The notes beneath the pieces were generated by a model. That model was not told where the DNA came from and searched no databases. It saw only the letters and a program-made list of their open reading frames with translations. 64,000 bases of DNA from Bilabrum cf. latius (lineage: Eukaryota): contig OZ237745.1 of assembly GCA_965178125.1 (NCBI GenBank), positions 1,116,001 to 1,180,000 on the forward strand, written 5' to 3'. The first letter of the stretch is position 1, and the number at the start of each line of letters is the position of its first letter. This document shows positions 12,201 through 24,216 of this stretch, in pieces. Made by a program: the position numbers and the translations under genes.

Positions 12201-14232
12201 GCAGGCAGCCGAGATCCGAATCGAGACTGCCCACGGCACTCACCGCTCGCACGACACCTCGCTGGCCGGCGCGGAGTGGCCGGATGGAGCTGTGAGCTGC
12301 CTCTTGCTATCTCCGCTGCTGCCTGCAGTCCCGGGATCTGGCACCGGCGCTGCATCAGCATCGGTTCACGCGAATTTGGTACCGGTTGGCTTGCACTAGC
12401 TCACGGCTGCACAGCCCAGCCAAAACCCAGGCTTGGTCCAGCCCGACGAGGCAGACTCGGTGGCGCTGGCTGAACAGCAAAACGCCAGAGCCTCATCGGC
12501 TGGGGAACAGCATGGGCCCACCAGCGGCGCCACTGATGTGCCCGCCTCTCCGCTCCAGTCTCGCGGGGCAGTGCCGTCTTGCTCCGCCGGGATGCTCGCC
12601 AGTCCCCTAGTGCGAGCCGCCCGCCGCAGCATGAGCAGGTCTCCCAGGTCGACGTCACTCGCTCCTTTCTCCTCTGATGCGGCGTGGCCCGTGGGCTCGG
12701 CTCGGCCGTCTGCAACCATTGCTGCCCATCGATTCACGGTGCGCGACCGTCCGAGCCGGGCGGCCCGCATGCGCGCCCAGGCTGCCCTATTGGAGATGGC
12801 AGCAGGCTCGGAGAGCGGCAGCAGCAGTGACTCGGAGAGTGCCAGTGGCAGCGAAGATGACGATGACACGGATGACGATGACGATGAGGAGGATGAAGAG
12901 TACGACGAGTACGATGCTGAGCTGAGTGCAGATGTGGTCGCCTAGCTCCACTGGACTGCAGCCGATGCGGGCGGAACTACCACAGGGCCAGGCCATCTGC
13001 TTGGCTCCGAAACTGCAGCCGATGCAGCGGCAGGAGGGCCTGCTGCGGTCACGGCCTAGGGTAGTCCCATGCAGCAAGCGGATGCGAGCTAGCTGTCACA
13101 GGGGAAGCAGTCGCTGGAGGACCGAAGTGAGTGGGGTGGGGACGCACAGGCCGTTGCCACTGCGGCATCGGTGTAGTAGGAAGCTCATTCACCGGGCGCT
13201 GCAGCAGTGCCCAGTGCACAAAGTCCCCTCCTGGCAGCTAGGCGCGGCTCAGCGGCCTCGCCGCACGGCTCCCCGTCGCTTGCACGGCTGCAGAAGCCCG
13301 GGCCAGCAGGCAGCGCGGATAGGCCGGTGCCGGTCCCCTCCGGCGCTACCGATGCAAAGCCGCCCCCAAGCCCAAGCAGCGGCAGCGACGAGGAGCGCCG
13401 AGGGATAGGCGGCGTCAGCAGCGCGGCAGGGGACGCGGGTGAGGCGCGCACAGACGGCCGTGACGATGGCAGTGAGCATGGCGGTGGCGTGAGCCGTGGC
13501 AGGAGAGGCAAGAAACGGCCCCGCCTGGTCATGGCCGTCGGGCACTCGCCTGTCGACGACACGGGCGACGAAAGTAGCGAAGACGAAGAGGAAGAGCAAG
13601 ACGACAAGCAAGACAACGGCAGAGAAGAAGCCAGTTCGCTTCCAGAGGAGCGGCCCATGAAGCGCAGGCGCAGGGCAGCAGCAGACGAGCAGCGCAACGA
13701 CAGAATCAGGGACACCAATCGCAGCGTGGGTGGACATGGCGGTGGTGACCCGGACAGCTCGAGCGGCACAGATTCTGACGATGGGGGTAATTCGGGATTA
13801 TCCAGGTCCAGCAATGCAGGCGAAATCGAACGGGCAGCCCGCTCAGTGCAGGACAGGCCGGGCAAGGACAAGGGACAGGAACCGAGAACGGGCAAGCGCA
13901 GGCCAGGGCAACATCAGGAGCGAGGCAGTGCACCGACGAGGGTCAGCTCTTCCCCAAGGCACAAGTCGGCGGGCAGAAACGAGGGGACGGGTGCAGCGAA
14001 TGGTGGCTCGGGGCAGGCAGCTGCAGCCACGACCAAGGACCATGAAGAGGATTTGGCGAATGCGAAGGGGAAGAGGAAGGGGAGGGGCGCGGGAAGGGGG
14101 GCGGCTGTGCACGTGCCACGCCGACCGAGGCGGCAGGCAGCCTCGCCCAAGGCCAGGGAGGCATTTGCGAACAGGAACTCCTTCCTGGGCACCTTCCCGC
14201 CCAAGGCCTCGGAGCAGGCGGTTGTGCTGTGA
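9283..14232 (+). CDS. Large (~1,650 aa) S/A/G/R-rich, probably disordered hypothetical protein (requires TAG=sense)
   Basis: ORFs at 9475, 10732, 11212, 11695, 12433 and 13207 share one frame. About 13 in-frame TAGs, including tandem TAG TAG at 13174-13179, with no TAA/TGA until TGA at 14230-14232. Start codon tentative. Confidence 0.72.
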
Positions 14233-14378
14233 TGATCGAAGATGGGCTGTGGCTGGCTGTGCACTGCCACAGGTAGCGAGCGCCGTCGAAGCGATAGACT
14301 ATGCATCGATCGTGCTCATCGACCGGTGTGGTTGCCGGGCGTGCTCGTGATTCGTGACGCAGTCTTCGAATTTCAGGT

Positions 14379-15038
14379 TCACGTCCGTTTCAATTTAACT
14401 CCAATCATGTCTGCGTCCTCTCCCACCCCAGACTCGAAGAGGTCGGCCCGCCCGCTGTCGCGCAGGCACCGGACGGCTGCGAGCACTGTCCCGGCGTCCA
14501 GCCCATGGAACGAGGCATCGCTCGTCGTGGTCCCTTCCCGGAGCTCAAACACTGTCAGCACCGAACCAAACATATTTGTGCGCTGCGCATACTGGTATAT
14601 GGCGTCTGCCCACTCCGCCGGGGACTTGAAGTATATGCGGCAACGCAGCTTGGCGCTATCTTCCCATTCACCATTGCCCATGGCGACAACAAAGTCCATC
14701 ACTTTGCGAATTCCCGCTTCATCTAGTTTCCCTGCGCAAAAAAGTGCCAATTGATGCAAAGGTCGCCACATTTCAATGGCGACGCGGTCCAGAACGGCCA
14801 AAGGAAACAAGATATGCTGCTCACGATCTATTCTCTTATTCTCGAACAGCGGCCAGTCAAGCACGCTCATGCTTGTTTTTGCGTTTGCTTCGTGCCACTT
14901 AATTACAACGTCTCGCCATTCTTTCAGCTGCATCATCCTGACCTCGTCATTCGGCTGAATGGTGAAGAAAGGGGGGAAATTATAGGTAGGCGGCAACTCA
15001 AACTTGGCTTTCGCCGAGTCGGCTCCAGCACCAGCCAT
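14379..15038 (-). CDS. VPS25: ESCRT-II subunit VPS25; one 93-nt intron at 14732-14824
   Basis: PPTYNFPPFFTIQPN motif, LFENKRIDR|KLD, and SPAEWADAIYQY...VLTVFEL. Removing the GTGAGC...GCAG intron restores the family alignment. TGA stop. Confidence 0.93.
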   Translation of the reverse strand: MAGAGADSAKAKFELPPTYNFPPFFTIQPNDEVRMMQLKEWRDVVIKWHEANAKTSMSVLDWPLFENKRIDREQHILFPLAVLDRVAIEMWRPLHQLALFCAGKLDEAGIRKVMDFVVAMGNGEWEDSAKLRCRIYFKSPAEWADAIYQYAQRTNMFGSVLTVFELREGTTTSDASFHGLDAGTVLAAVRCLRDSGRADLFESGVGEDADMIGVKLKRT

Positions 15039-15227
15039 ACTACAGTTTTGCTACAAGGCACTTGCAATGTTCGATCTCCTTGTGCGCTACAGCACAAATA
15101 ATTATTGGATTTAGGCGTGGTCGTCACATCCCCGCCGTCGACTGTGCCGAGCTGCAGAAAGTACCGATTCGCACAAACGGTCGCCCATTGGAAACGTTTC
15201 CACCAGAGTCCGACTTCAGCAGTGATC

Positions 15228-16061
15228 ATGTCAAAGATTGTGCTACCTGGTGACAAAGTTGGGAGTACTTACGACCTCGATAGCGGGCCTGGAACATTTG
15301 TTGTCGGATCAGACATTGTTGCCTCTCTTGCAGGCGAGCCAGTCGTTCTTCCCGCGTTGCCTGCAAGCTCCGCTGTTTCTAGGCCTTCGATAGGAGCTCA
15401 ATCAGCATCTGGATCAAGTGCACTTGCCACAGCTTCAATGAAGGGCATGATTGCAGTGCAGAGACCAAACCGAGTGGGCTCCGGCACAAGTATTCTGCCT
15501 GACGTTGGGGATGAAGTGCTTGGCAGAGTATCGAAGGCAGACGAACGGTAGTGTCGCATTGAGATTTTAGTTGTCCGGGGCCTTGCCGTAAAGGAGCCTC
15601 TCTAGGCTGTACTTCGGAAGGAAAACGTACGAGCCGCCGACATCGATCGCGTGCGATTAGAGGAGTGCTTCAGGCCGGGCGATGTTGTTAAGGCTCAAGT
15701 TGCTTCCATGGGAGATGCTCGTACATATCAATTGACGACAGTCGGGACCGACCTGGGCGTCATCCACGCTGAGGCTCCGGCAGAGACTGCGACCAGAGCT
15801 GGTCTCGCTGCGGACGCCTTCTCGTCGGGCCTCGGGCTGGCCACGAAGGGATCCTTCGCGCCCCGCGGCGCTTCCCTTGCCCCAGGCGGTGCCTCGCTGG
15901 TGGCAGTGAGTGGCGGCCTCATGGTGGAGCCCACCACTGGGAGCGAGCACCGCCGCAAGGTCGCTCGAGGGGCGGCGCCTCCAGCCGCACTGCGGGGCAT
16001 TGCCAGTGGTACTGCTGCCAGCGGCAGCGGCAGCGGGGAAAGCAAGCCGATGGCTACATAA
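15228..16061 (+). CDS. CSL4: Exosome complex component CSL4/EXOSC1 (two in-frame TAG)
   Basis: IVLPGD...GPGTFV N-domain; S1 domain LPDVGDEVLGRV...DER*CRIEILVV...EPL*AVLRKENVRAADID...CFRPGDVVKAQV...LGVI; C-terminal EHRRKVA. TAG at 15549 and 15603; TAA stop. Confidence 0.92.
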
Positions 16062-16243
16062 TGCTTGTTAGTTGGCCGCCGGGCGTGCGTCGTGGATCGC
16101 GGATCAAATACATGAGTTGTTTTTCCCCATCATGGCACCGCATCTGTTTGTGGCATGAACCCTTCAATAGTCTATCTTGCATACCCGCTGCATGCCATTG
16201 AATGCTAGTGCGCAACACCTTACACTCGCCTGCAGTTCCCCTT

Positions 16244-18466
16244 TCAGTCTGTAGGCCGCCGCCTGCAGTTGCCCCTGCCCACCGAGGCCATGGCTCGGCA
16301 CATGCCCACTGGCTGCCCGGAATCGATCACTCGGCGGACGAACCGCCAGTAGTTGCCCTCCACGGCTGCCCTTGGCTCGGCTGGATCTGTGGCATTCGCA
16401 GCAGCAGCAACTCCTCCTCCTCCACGAGTGGCGGTGGGCAAGGCATCGTCAGAGTCGTCCACCTCCGCCTCCCTCTCCCTGTCCCTGTTGTCTCGCTCCT
16501 CTGCTTCGCTCGTCGACACGGCGGCCTCTCTGCCCGCGGGTTCCCCAAGTTCCTGCTGCTAGATCTATTCTAGCAGGCGATCCCCCGCACCTGCACTCGG
16601 ACTTGCTTCACTCAGGTTGTCCGCGCATTCATCACCGTGCAAGGCTCCGCTCCCATAGCATCGTTTCCTTGCTGCAGGCACGCCTCCCGGCTCCGCCTCC
16701 GACTCCAGATCTCCAAGAAACAAGCCGGGGAGGCCCCCATAGGCCCGGCTGGGCAGCCTCCAGAAAGGCATCTTGGGCTTTGCGTCGTGCTTGGCCATGG
16801 CATGCGAGACCTCCGGGTGCCTGTCCGAGGCGCTGTGCAGGTCCCAGCAGCTGTCAGAGGCGCCCCCACCGGGGAGCAGCCCGCTCGGGTGGAAGCGGGT
16901 CGCGGCGGCATCGAGCCGGGCCAGCAGCAGCCTGGTCTCCTCCGATGCCTCCTTCCTCCAGGCGCCCACGCGGCCTTGGGTCAGCGGCTGCCTCACTTGG
17001 GATGCCCTGTACAGGCCGTGGTGCGTGAACTGCAGCGGGCTGGTGCCGGCCAACTGACCGGTGCCAAAAGCCTGGCCCTGGCCCTGGCCCTGGCCCTAAC
17101 CCTGACCCGAGCCCTAACCCGAGCCCTGGCCCTGCAGCAGCTGCGAGGGACTGAAGGTGGCCTTCCCGTTGGCCCTCCCGTCGCTGTCCCTCGGCAGCTC
17201 AGGCCTCAGCATCTTGGGATCGAAGGGAACACGCACCCCCCTGCTGGCCAGCTGCCTGCACAGCTCCCTCAGGACCAGCTAGGGCCGCGCGACCAGCCGC
17301 TCGTATACGACGGGAATGGCGGGTAGCGCCCGAGCTAGGGCTCCTCGAAATATGGGCGAGCGTGTCCAGCCCAGCGAGCGTTGCCCCTTGGACTTAACCG
17401 CGGAATGCGTTCTTGCCAAGAGGCGCGATTCAGGTTTTCCGCGCAACGCTCGACCGTCGTCGTTGCCCCACGCCATCCGGCGACCACGCCCGCGCCCCTG
17501 CTGCCCCTATTGCTCCTTTTCATTCCTCTGTACGTGCTCCTGCTTGCCGTGCCAAAGTTCACCGGCTCGCTGCACGCCATCCGCAGCGCCCCATCCCCCC
17601 TTGAGGCTGCTGCCGCCACTAAGCGGAGGCACACAGGCCAGGACGGCCGCTTCCTCCGTTGACCACGCCGGTGGCGGCCCCGCGATGGAAGGAATCTGCC
17701 GTGCTCCCGTCCATGGAGCCGCTGTGACGAGTGCGGCTGCCCTGCCGAGGGACTCCCAGGCGCCAAAGTGAAACTCCCGCGAGGAGATGAGGCGCCCGTG
17801 CTTCCCCTGCGGCGCCTGCGCGGCATCCACGCCGAGCATGCGCTTCATGAGCGAAAACGTTGTATCCATTGGGTCTCGTACAAGCACAACCGTCGCGGCA
17901 AGACGCCACCGGATCCGTGGGATGCGGAGCGCCTGCTGCTCCATGTGCTTGCTGCATCCGCCTGAGCCGAACGGGTAGTCATCCAGGTCCAAATTGTCTG
18001 CCGACCACTGAAGCAAACGCAGAAACTCGTCGTCATTAATGGTTTTCTTTGTCAAGACGACCGGTACATCCGCCTGAGTCTTTGGGTGCGAGCTCTGTCC
18101 TAACAGCGCCGTGCCGGCCGTCGTATTGCAATTCTGCGCATGGGCGGCCGTACTGCAGGGATGAAGCCACTCGCAAGGAACAAGGCCTACCTGTGGTGTT
18201 GCTGCATCCCTATGATGCTCCAGAATGCGAGAGCTGCCGCCAAGTAGACGTCGCAATAACGTGGATCCAGTGTGATGGAAAGCTACGATCAGCACCACCT
18301 TGCCCTCCAGTGGCGTTCCTGTTTCCGCATTGGAGGCAGGTTGTATAGTCAAGTTGCTGTGAGATTCGTCTGCCAGTCGCTAATCCTCGCCCGTTGCGAG
18401 CGCTAGAAGCCCCAACACCAAAAAGAGAGACGCCGATCTTGACACGGCAGAATGACTGTTTAACAT
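16244..18466 (-). CDS. Sulfotransferase-like protein with N-terminal signal/anchor (~740 aa; requires TAG=sense)
   Basis: Hydrophobic N-terminus, 5'-PSB-like VLIVAFHHTGSTLLRRLLG, 3'-PB-like VVLVRDPMDTTFS, and VVYERLVARP*LVLRELC. Seven TAGs (18380, 17507, 17279, 17114, 17096, 16565, 16559); TGA stop. Confidence 0.75.
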
Positions 18467-19088
18467 GCGCCTCCAGCCCAAAAACAAGTGTCCCACCAAA
18501 GGTAACGACCGCACACGCGATCTTGGCAAGGTATAGGTCGCCCAGACAAGCTGCAGACAGTTGATCGCCCTGCGTCGACCGGTGTGCGCGGCTCCGAATA
18601 CGCTACCTGCCAGTTTGCTCACAACGCCTCTGGCTTCTTCAAAATCGTTTAATCAACCCCGTAAAACCTACAGAGAAGACAAACTACCACCACAAATGGG
18701 TCTCCTTGCTAGAATTGGTTCTTCGGGACTCACCTATGGGCGGCGTGCGGTAGGCCCCTTGCGCGGCTGTGGGAGGTTGTGGTGGCGTGGATCGCACCGC
18801 ATGCGAGCGATGCAGCTGAGGGTGGAGTGGCTATCGATGAGGTCCAGAAATACGCGCAGCGGGCAGGCGGTGGCCCTGGTAATGCCTGGCGTACAAGCCC
18901 GTGGGGCTGCCTGACGTGGAGACGGTGGGTATGGCTCGGCTTGGCACTAGGCGGGTGCTCCACGGCCAAGCCCGCGGAGGGTCAGGTGGTGGAGGGCCAA
19001 GAGACGGCGGGTCTTGCGCTGGACGGCCTGCGGGCGTGTGGCAGACATATGGCGCTGGCGCGATTCCGCCAGTCTGCAATTGTCACAC

Positions 19089-19137
19089 ACCACATTCCAG
19101 GGGGACCTTCGAAATGGAGGTCCCGCTGGAATGTGGT
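19089..19137. repeat. Intergenic near-perfect inverted repeat/hairpin
   Basis: ACCACATTCCAG-G-GGGACCT...AGGTCCC-G-CTGGAATGTGGT: 12-bp and 7-bp arms separated by one mismatch. Confidence 0.75.
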
Positions 19138-19400
19138 ATGTGGTGTGTGAGAATTTGGAGCAGCCATGTCGTCGGATTGAATGATAGATTATATTATGCA
19201 AATTTGCGTCACTGCAGAATCAGTACGGTACCGGAAGCTGCCAATCCCCGACAAGCCAAGGTACAGCTGCTGCACGGCGAAAAGTGCTCGTTACATTGCA
19301 ACTCTGTCGGTTGAGCTCTGCACGTCATCAACCCGCCGATTGGGGCAGTACTGCGACAGCAGCATACCTTGCACGTACAAATCGCTTCCTCCGTGCTAAA

Positions 19401-20356
19401 ATGGCAGCGTCATCTACCGATGTCCCACTGTTAGACAAAGAGGAGGCGCAGAAAATATATGTTTGGATCGACGCAATCCCCCTCACCCGACCGAAACGAA
19501 ACATCACAAGGGATTTTAGCGATGGCGGTAAGACCAACTCGTATGCTTACCATGAATGTTGTGTGTTGGTGCGGCCATTGCCTCGCTGGGAACCTTCGGG
19601 CGCGCGTTCGATGCACGCGGCACATGAGCCAGGTTCTCGCTGCCTTCCCTGTCCTTCGCAGTCTTGGTAGCTGAAGTGGTCCATGCGTACTTCCCGAAAC
19701 TTGTGCAGTTGCACAACTACAGTGCGGCTAACAGCGTGAAGCAGAAAATGTACAACTGGGGCACGCTCAACAAGAAGGTGTTCAAGCGAATGGGGTTCGA
19801 CATCAAGCGCCACGAGATCGAAGCTATTGTAAATGGGGTGCCTGGCATGGTTGAGGTTATTTTGATGCGATTGCAAGCCCGCATGAGCGAGATTCGAGCC
19901 GCGAAGAGGCGAAAAGGGGCGTCTGGAGGGTCGGGGTCCTTCGGGGGCGGAACGAGCGGGGCTTCGGCAGCGCGACCCGGTCCCGCAGGTGGCGCTACAG
20001 TTGGGTCGATGATGAGCCCAGGAAGCATGGGGGGAAGCGGCGGTCGCGCTGCCCTTGCCGCGCCCGCTCCCGCCGCCTACGACGGCGCTGGCCCAGCAGC
20101 CATGGGCGGCATGGACGGGGGCTCCCGCGCCCCAGCCGGCGGGGGGGCCGACATGTCCCTTCTCGCTGAGAAGGAGCGGCGCATCCAGGAGCTGGAGGAG
20201 ATGAACGAGTTCATGGAGCTCAAGATCAAGAAGCTGGAGCAGCTGGTGCAGCTGAAGGACTCGAGGATCCACAACCTGCAGGCTCGGCTGCAGCAGATGC
20301 AGATGGGGGGAGGCGGGGGCGGGCCCATGCCCGCGGGTCCCTCGGGCGGGCGGTGA
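19401..20356 (+). CDS. SPEF1: Sperm flagellar protein 1 (SPEF1/CLAMP) homolog; CH_2 domain plus C-terminal coiled coil; intron 19528-19661
   Basis: YVWIDAIPLTRPKRNITRDFSDG|VLVAEVVHAYFPKLVQLHNY...KMYNWGTLNKKV, and C-terminal ELKIKKLEQLVQLKDSRI; GTAAG...GCAG intron; TGA stop. Confidence 0.93.
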
Positions 20357-20634
20357 GGAGCTGTGCTGTTCCCGCGCGTGTAAATGAACGGTAGTGTCGG
20401 TCTGCTGCACTGTATTGAAGACTGAGTGGCGGTTTCGCTCGGGGGAAACAAACATCATCTGTATGTGTGATCGGAGGGCGAACAGGCAAGGGGGCGCGCA
20501 CAGCATCTCCCTGCACTGCATCTCAACTCTCCACTTCAAGCCACGCTGCAGCTCCAACCCTTGCGTGCCCTCTCCACTGCATGAACGACCGAGCAGCCTT
20601 TCCAAGGACCTCGTTAGCTGGCTGGTTTCCTGCC

Positions 20635-23600
20635 TCACACTGGGCGTCTAAGCTTCTTGGGCTTGGGCTTGCTGGGCTTGGGCTGAGCCGGCTGACCACT
20701 GCCAGCACCCGCGCCCTTGCCTTGACTTTCCACCGCCTGTACTCCGGACCCAGACCCTGAGCCAGCTCCGCCTCGGCCTCGGCCTCCGCCCTTCATTGAG
20801 CGCCCCCCCCTGCCTCCTTGCCCTCCCCCCTGCTGCCTGCGGCCCGGCCTCGGCTTTTCATTCTGCCCCCCGCTGCCTCCTCGCCCTCCCCCCTGCTGCC
20901 TGCGGCCCGGCCTCGGCTTCTCATTCTGCCCCCCGCTGCCTTCGCCATCAACTTGACCCTGCACGCGCACGTCCCCGCCCTCGCCCAAGCCCGCCGCGGC
21001 GCTACGCACCAACGAGGCCCGCCCCTCGCCCCGCCTCTCCCCGGACATTGCAGCAGCCACGAAGGAACTCACGCTAGCACCAGCACCGGCACCGCCGCTG
21101 TCATCGTGAGGGATGCGCCGCACGATGCGCAGCTCGGGCTCCGGCTCGGGCTGGGACCGGGGCGGCCGGTCCTGCTGCCTCTCGTCACGGCCTCGACCGC
21201 CGCTCTCATTCTGCCCCTTCTGCCCCTTCTGCTGCTTGTGCCTGTCACGTCGGTTTCCCGCACCAGCACGACCGGACTCGCCACGAGCCCGCTGGCTGCC
21301 CCGCTAGCTGCCTCCTGGTCCGTCTCTCTAGTTGCGCCGGTTGTTCCCCCGGCTGTTCCCTCGGCCGTTCTTCTTGTCCTCGCTGGTGCTCGTGCCGCCG
21401 CGCCCTCGCTCCCGCACCGCTCCTCTGCTCCCCCCGTCGGCCCGTTCCTGCCACCTCTCGCGGGTATCTCGCCCTCTCATTCCTCCTAAGCTTCCCCTTC
21501 CCCGCTCACCAGCATAGTCCCTGTCCAACTGCCTGGGAACCCTACCGCCCGTACTTCCACTGCTTCCACGTTGCCCCCTGTCTCTGTCTCCCCGTCCGCC
21601 GCTGCCCTCCTCCCACCTGCGAGCGGACCCACGCTCGAGCTCACGGTCACGGTCACGGTCACGGTCACGATCGCGGCCATTCCACTCGCGCGGGCCATCC
21701 TCCCGAGCGGCTTGCCTACCCCAATCTTTGCGAATGTCGGTGTCCCTGCCCCTGCTTTCCCCATCGCGCTACCGCCCATCCCCCCTGCCGGTACCTCGTC
21801 CATCTCCACCCCCACCCCCACTCCCACCAACAGCAACAGCAACAGCAACAGCACTGCCCTGCTACTTGCTGCGTTTGTTGGCGCTGCTGCCCCTCGTGTC
21901 GCTGTCACCGAAGCTGCGTCTCCAGTCGGTCACACCGGCGTGCTCGCTCCCTCCGCTGCCCCCCTGTGACTCCACGCTGCGCTCACCCCGCCCCTGCTCT
22001 GTTCCTTTGTCACTTCGACCTCCGGCTTCGGGTTCTCGAGTCCCAGCACCCGATGCACCGTTCGTGCTTGCCTGCTCCCGCCCCCAGCCGCGAAGCTGCG
22101 CACCTGCCGCAGGACGGGCGGAGGCCATCTGCCTCGGCTGCCCCACCGCCACTACCCCGCTCGCAGCTGGTGGAGGTGGGCGGAGCGAGCCGGCAGCTGC
22201 CACGCGAGGCACGAGGACTGCCGGCACGGGGGGCGGAGGGGCTAGCCCGCCGCCAGCAACCGCTTTCGCGCCAGCGCCGGCGCCGGCTGCCTGGCCCGCA
22301 TACCCTCTCCTGAAGTCGAAATCCCTGGCGCCTTGCCCGACTGGCACACCCATCGCAGGCACGCCTGGTGCTGCTACTCCTACAGCTGATCCGAAAGCAG
22401 CGGGTTGCCGCTACACGTTGGACGAGGAGGACGAGGAGGACCCGTGCAAGGACGAGGAGGACGAGGAGGACCCGTGCAAGGACGAGGAGGCCATCGCACC
22501 GCTCGGTCCAGCGGCTCCACTCCCCGCACCCATGCCCGCGCCCGAATCCCTGCGGTACTACGGTTGCCTGAAGTCTCTAGCTGCGACGCCCGTGGCCGTG
22601 CCCTGGTGGTCAAAGGCAGGGGCAGAGCGCCAGCCAGACCTTGAGTCGGATCCCACCGCAGTTCCGTGCGCGCGGTGCTGTCTGGGCTCCCTTGGCACCT
22701 GCCCCTGCCTCTGTTCCTGCCCCTGCCTCTGACCCTGGCTGCCACTGTCACGCGCAGCTCCCCCTCCCAACGAGCCATCACGAGCAGACCAGCCCTGCGG
22801 TGCTGCAGAGCGGCCCCTGTCTCTGGCTCCGACTGGTCCTCGGGTGCCGCCACTCCCACTCCCACTCCCACTCCCACTCCCTGTCCCACTCCCTGTCCCT
22901 CTAACTCTCCCGCCCACTCGCTGCCACTCCCTACCCCCGCCCCTGTCCCCGCCCCTGTCCCCGCCCCTGTCCCCGCCCCTGTCCCCGCCCCTGTCCCCGC
23001 CCCTGTCCCCGCCCCTGCCCCTGTCCACGCCCCTGTCCCTGTCCCTGCCCCAGTCTCGGGCCGACTTGTCCTGACGGTAGTCTACCGACAGAGGAGCCAG
23101 AGGGGCGCCACCAGCAGTGCCAGCTACAGAGCCGCCCTGGCCATCCGGGGGGTGGGTGGTCCCATGTGGAGGCATTCGTGACGACCGTGATGATGAAGAG
23201 TAAGACGAGGACGAGGAGGTGACGGTGGGGTGAACTGCCATGCTGGGAGGGTGCACCGGCCCCGGCTCGGCTCTGTCGGGAGCCGCGGGGTCGTCCAGAA
23301 GGTCGGCGAGCACGTCATACTCGGCGCTGCGGCTGACGTCTGCGCCAGCGTCGGTTCTTCGCCGCTTTGAGGCAGCTGTGCTGGACGCCTGGCCAGCGGC
23401 ACCGGTGGATTGGACGGTAGCAGCACCGGAGCGGCCACGCTTTGAGCCGGCAGGTGTCGGTGAGATCACAAAACCATGCTCGTCGACCTGCTGCTGTGCG
23501 CCTCCACGCGCCTGTTGCGACGAATGTGCACTTGTCAGCTTGTTGGATTGTCTGGCGCTTTCTTTGTCGACCTGCCGCTCCAGCAGCGAGGCCGATCGTT

Positions 23601-24216
23601 CGCAAATGGCGCCCTGCCGCTTCCATGCAGCAACACACCGCTTCGCGTGATCAAGGCTCTTTTCTGGCTGCCGACGCAACGCAATCTACAGCATTGGCAG
23701 CAGGGCCCAGCGCCAGACAGCGATGGGGTCTCTAGCCTCCAATACTTCCTTGCTGCTGGCCGGCATAGAGCGAACAGCCTCGGGTGTCCACGGCAGCAGC
23801 GTTGAACAGTCCCCTGTCGGTTGGATCGCGGCGATACTTCGCGGGGTTCTGTGTCTTGAACCATCAGGTTTAAGGTTGGTCTTGTACTGCTCATGTCTCC
23901 ACGCTAGTACCTCGTGCACAGCGAAGAGACCCGCCATCCGTCTCTATTGCAGCGATCGCCGACCTTTCTCGCTTTCTTTGGCTTCGCGCTCGAGCCAGTG
24001 CTTGCTTTGCTTCCGAATTCTATCGATAGCTGAAGCCATCGTGTGGCGGTGGGACACTATTGCTTCTCGAAGCTGCTTGACAACATCCTTGTCAACCGAT
24101 GCTTTTTGCACTGCTTTAGTGACAACCTTGACGTCCTCCGGGAAATTAGATGTTTCTATGTGAAGCTACTACCTAAATGATGCTTCGCATGGCGACGTTC
24201 CTTGTTTCGAGGACAT
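20635..24216 (-). CDS. CID (RNAPII CTD-interacting)-like N-terminus plus long RG/RD/GGDR-rich tail (~1,190 aa; requires TAG=sense)
   Basis: One frame from ATG 24216 to TGA 20635 with about 10 TAGs, including tandem 24166/24169. The helical N-terminus (RRMAGLFAVHEVL...AKRCVAAWKRQGAI) resembles CID helices. Domain call is by eye. Confidence 0.68.
20810..20941. repeat. Coding 63-bp tandem duplication
   Basis: Two near-identical units encoding GSGGQNEKPRPGRRQQGGG on the minus strand. Confidence 0.85.
22935..23050. repeat. Coding 12-bp minisatellite (CCCTGTCCCCGC)n
   Basis: Direct tandem array; encodes (GGDR)n on the minus strand. Confidence 0.9.

Noticed and set aside
15549-15605. TAG as Trp (A-to-I editing), pyrrolysine, Leu, Tyr or Glu
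   Set aside because: Three independent repeats pair TAG with CAG, and the contexts are Gln-rich. U-to-C editing to CAG cannot be excluded without RNA data but is less parsimonious.
17080-17125. CCCTAA telomere-like hexamers
   Set aside because: Only two isolated copies, explained as GGT TAG GGC codons in a Gly-Gln repeat.
18730-19150. Small ORFs between the sulfotransferase-like gene and SPEF1
   Set aside because: No recognisable motif and conflicting frames; cannot be supported.
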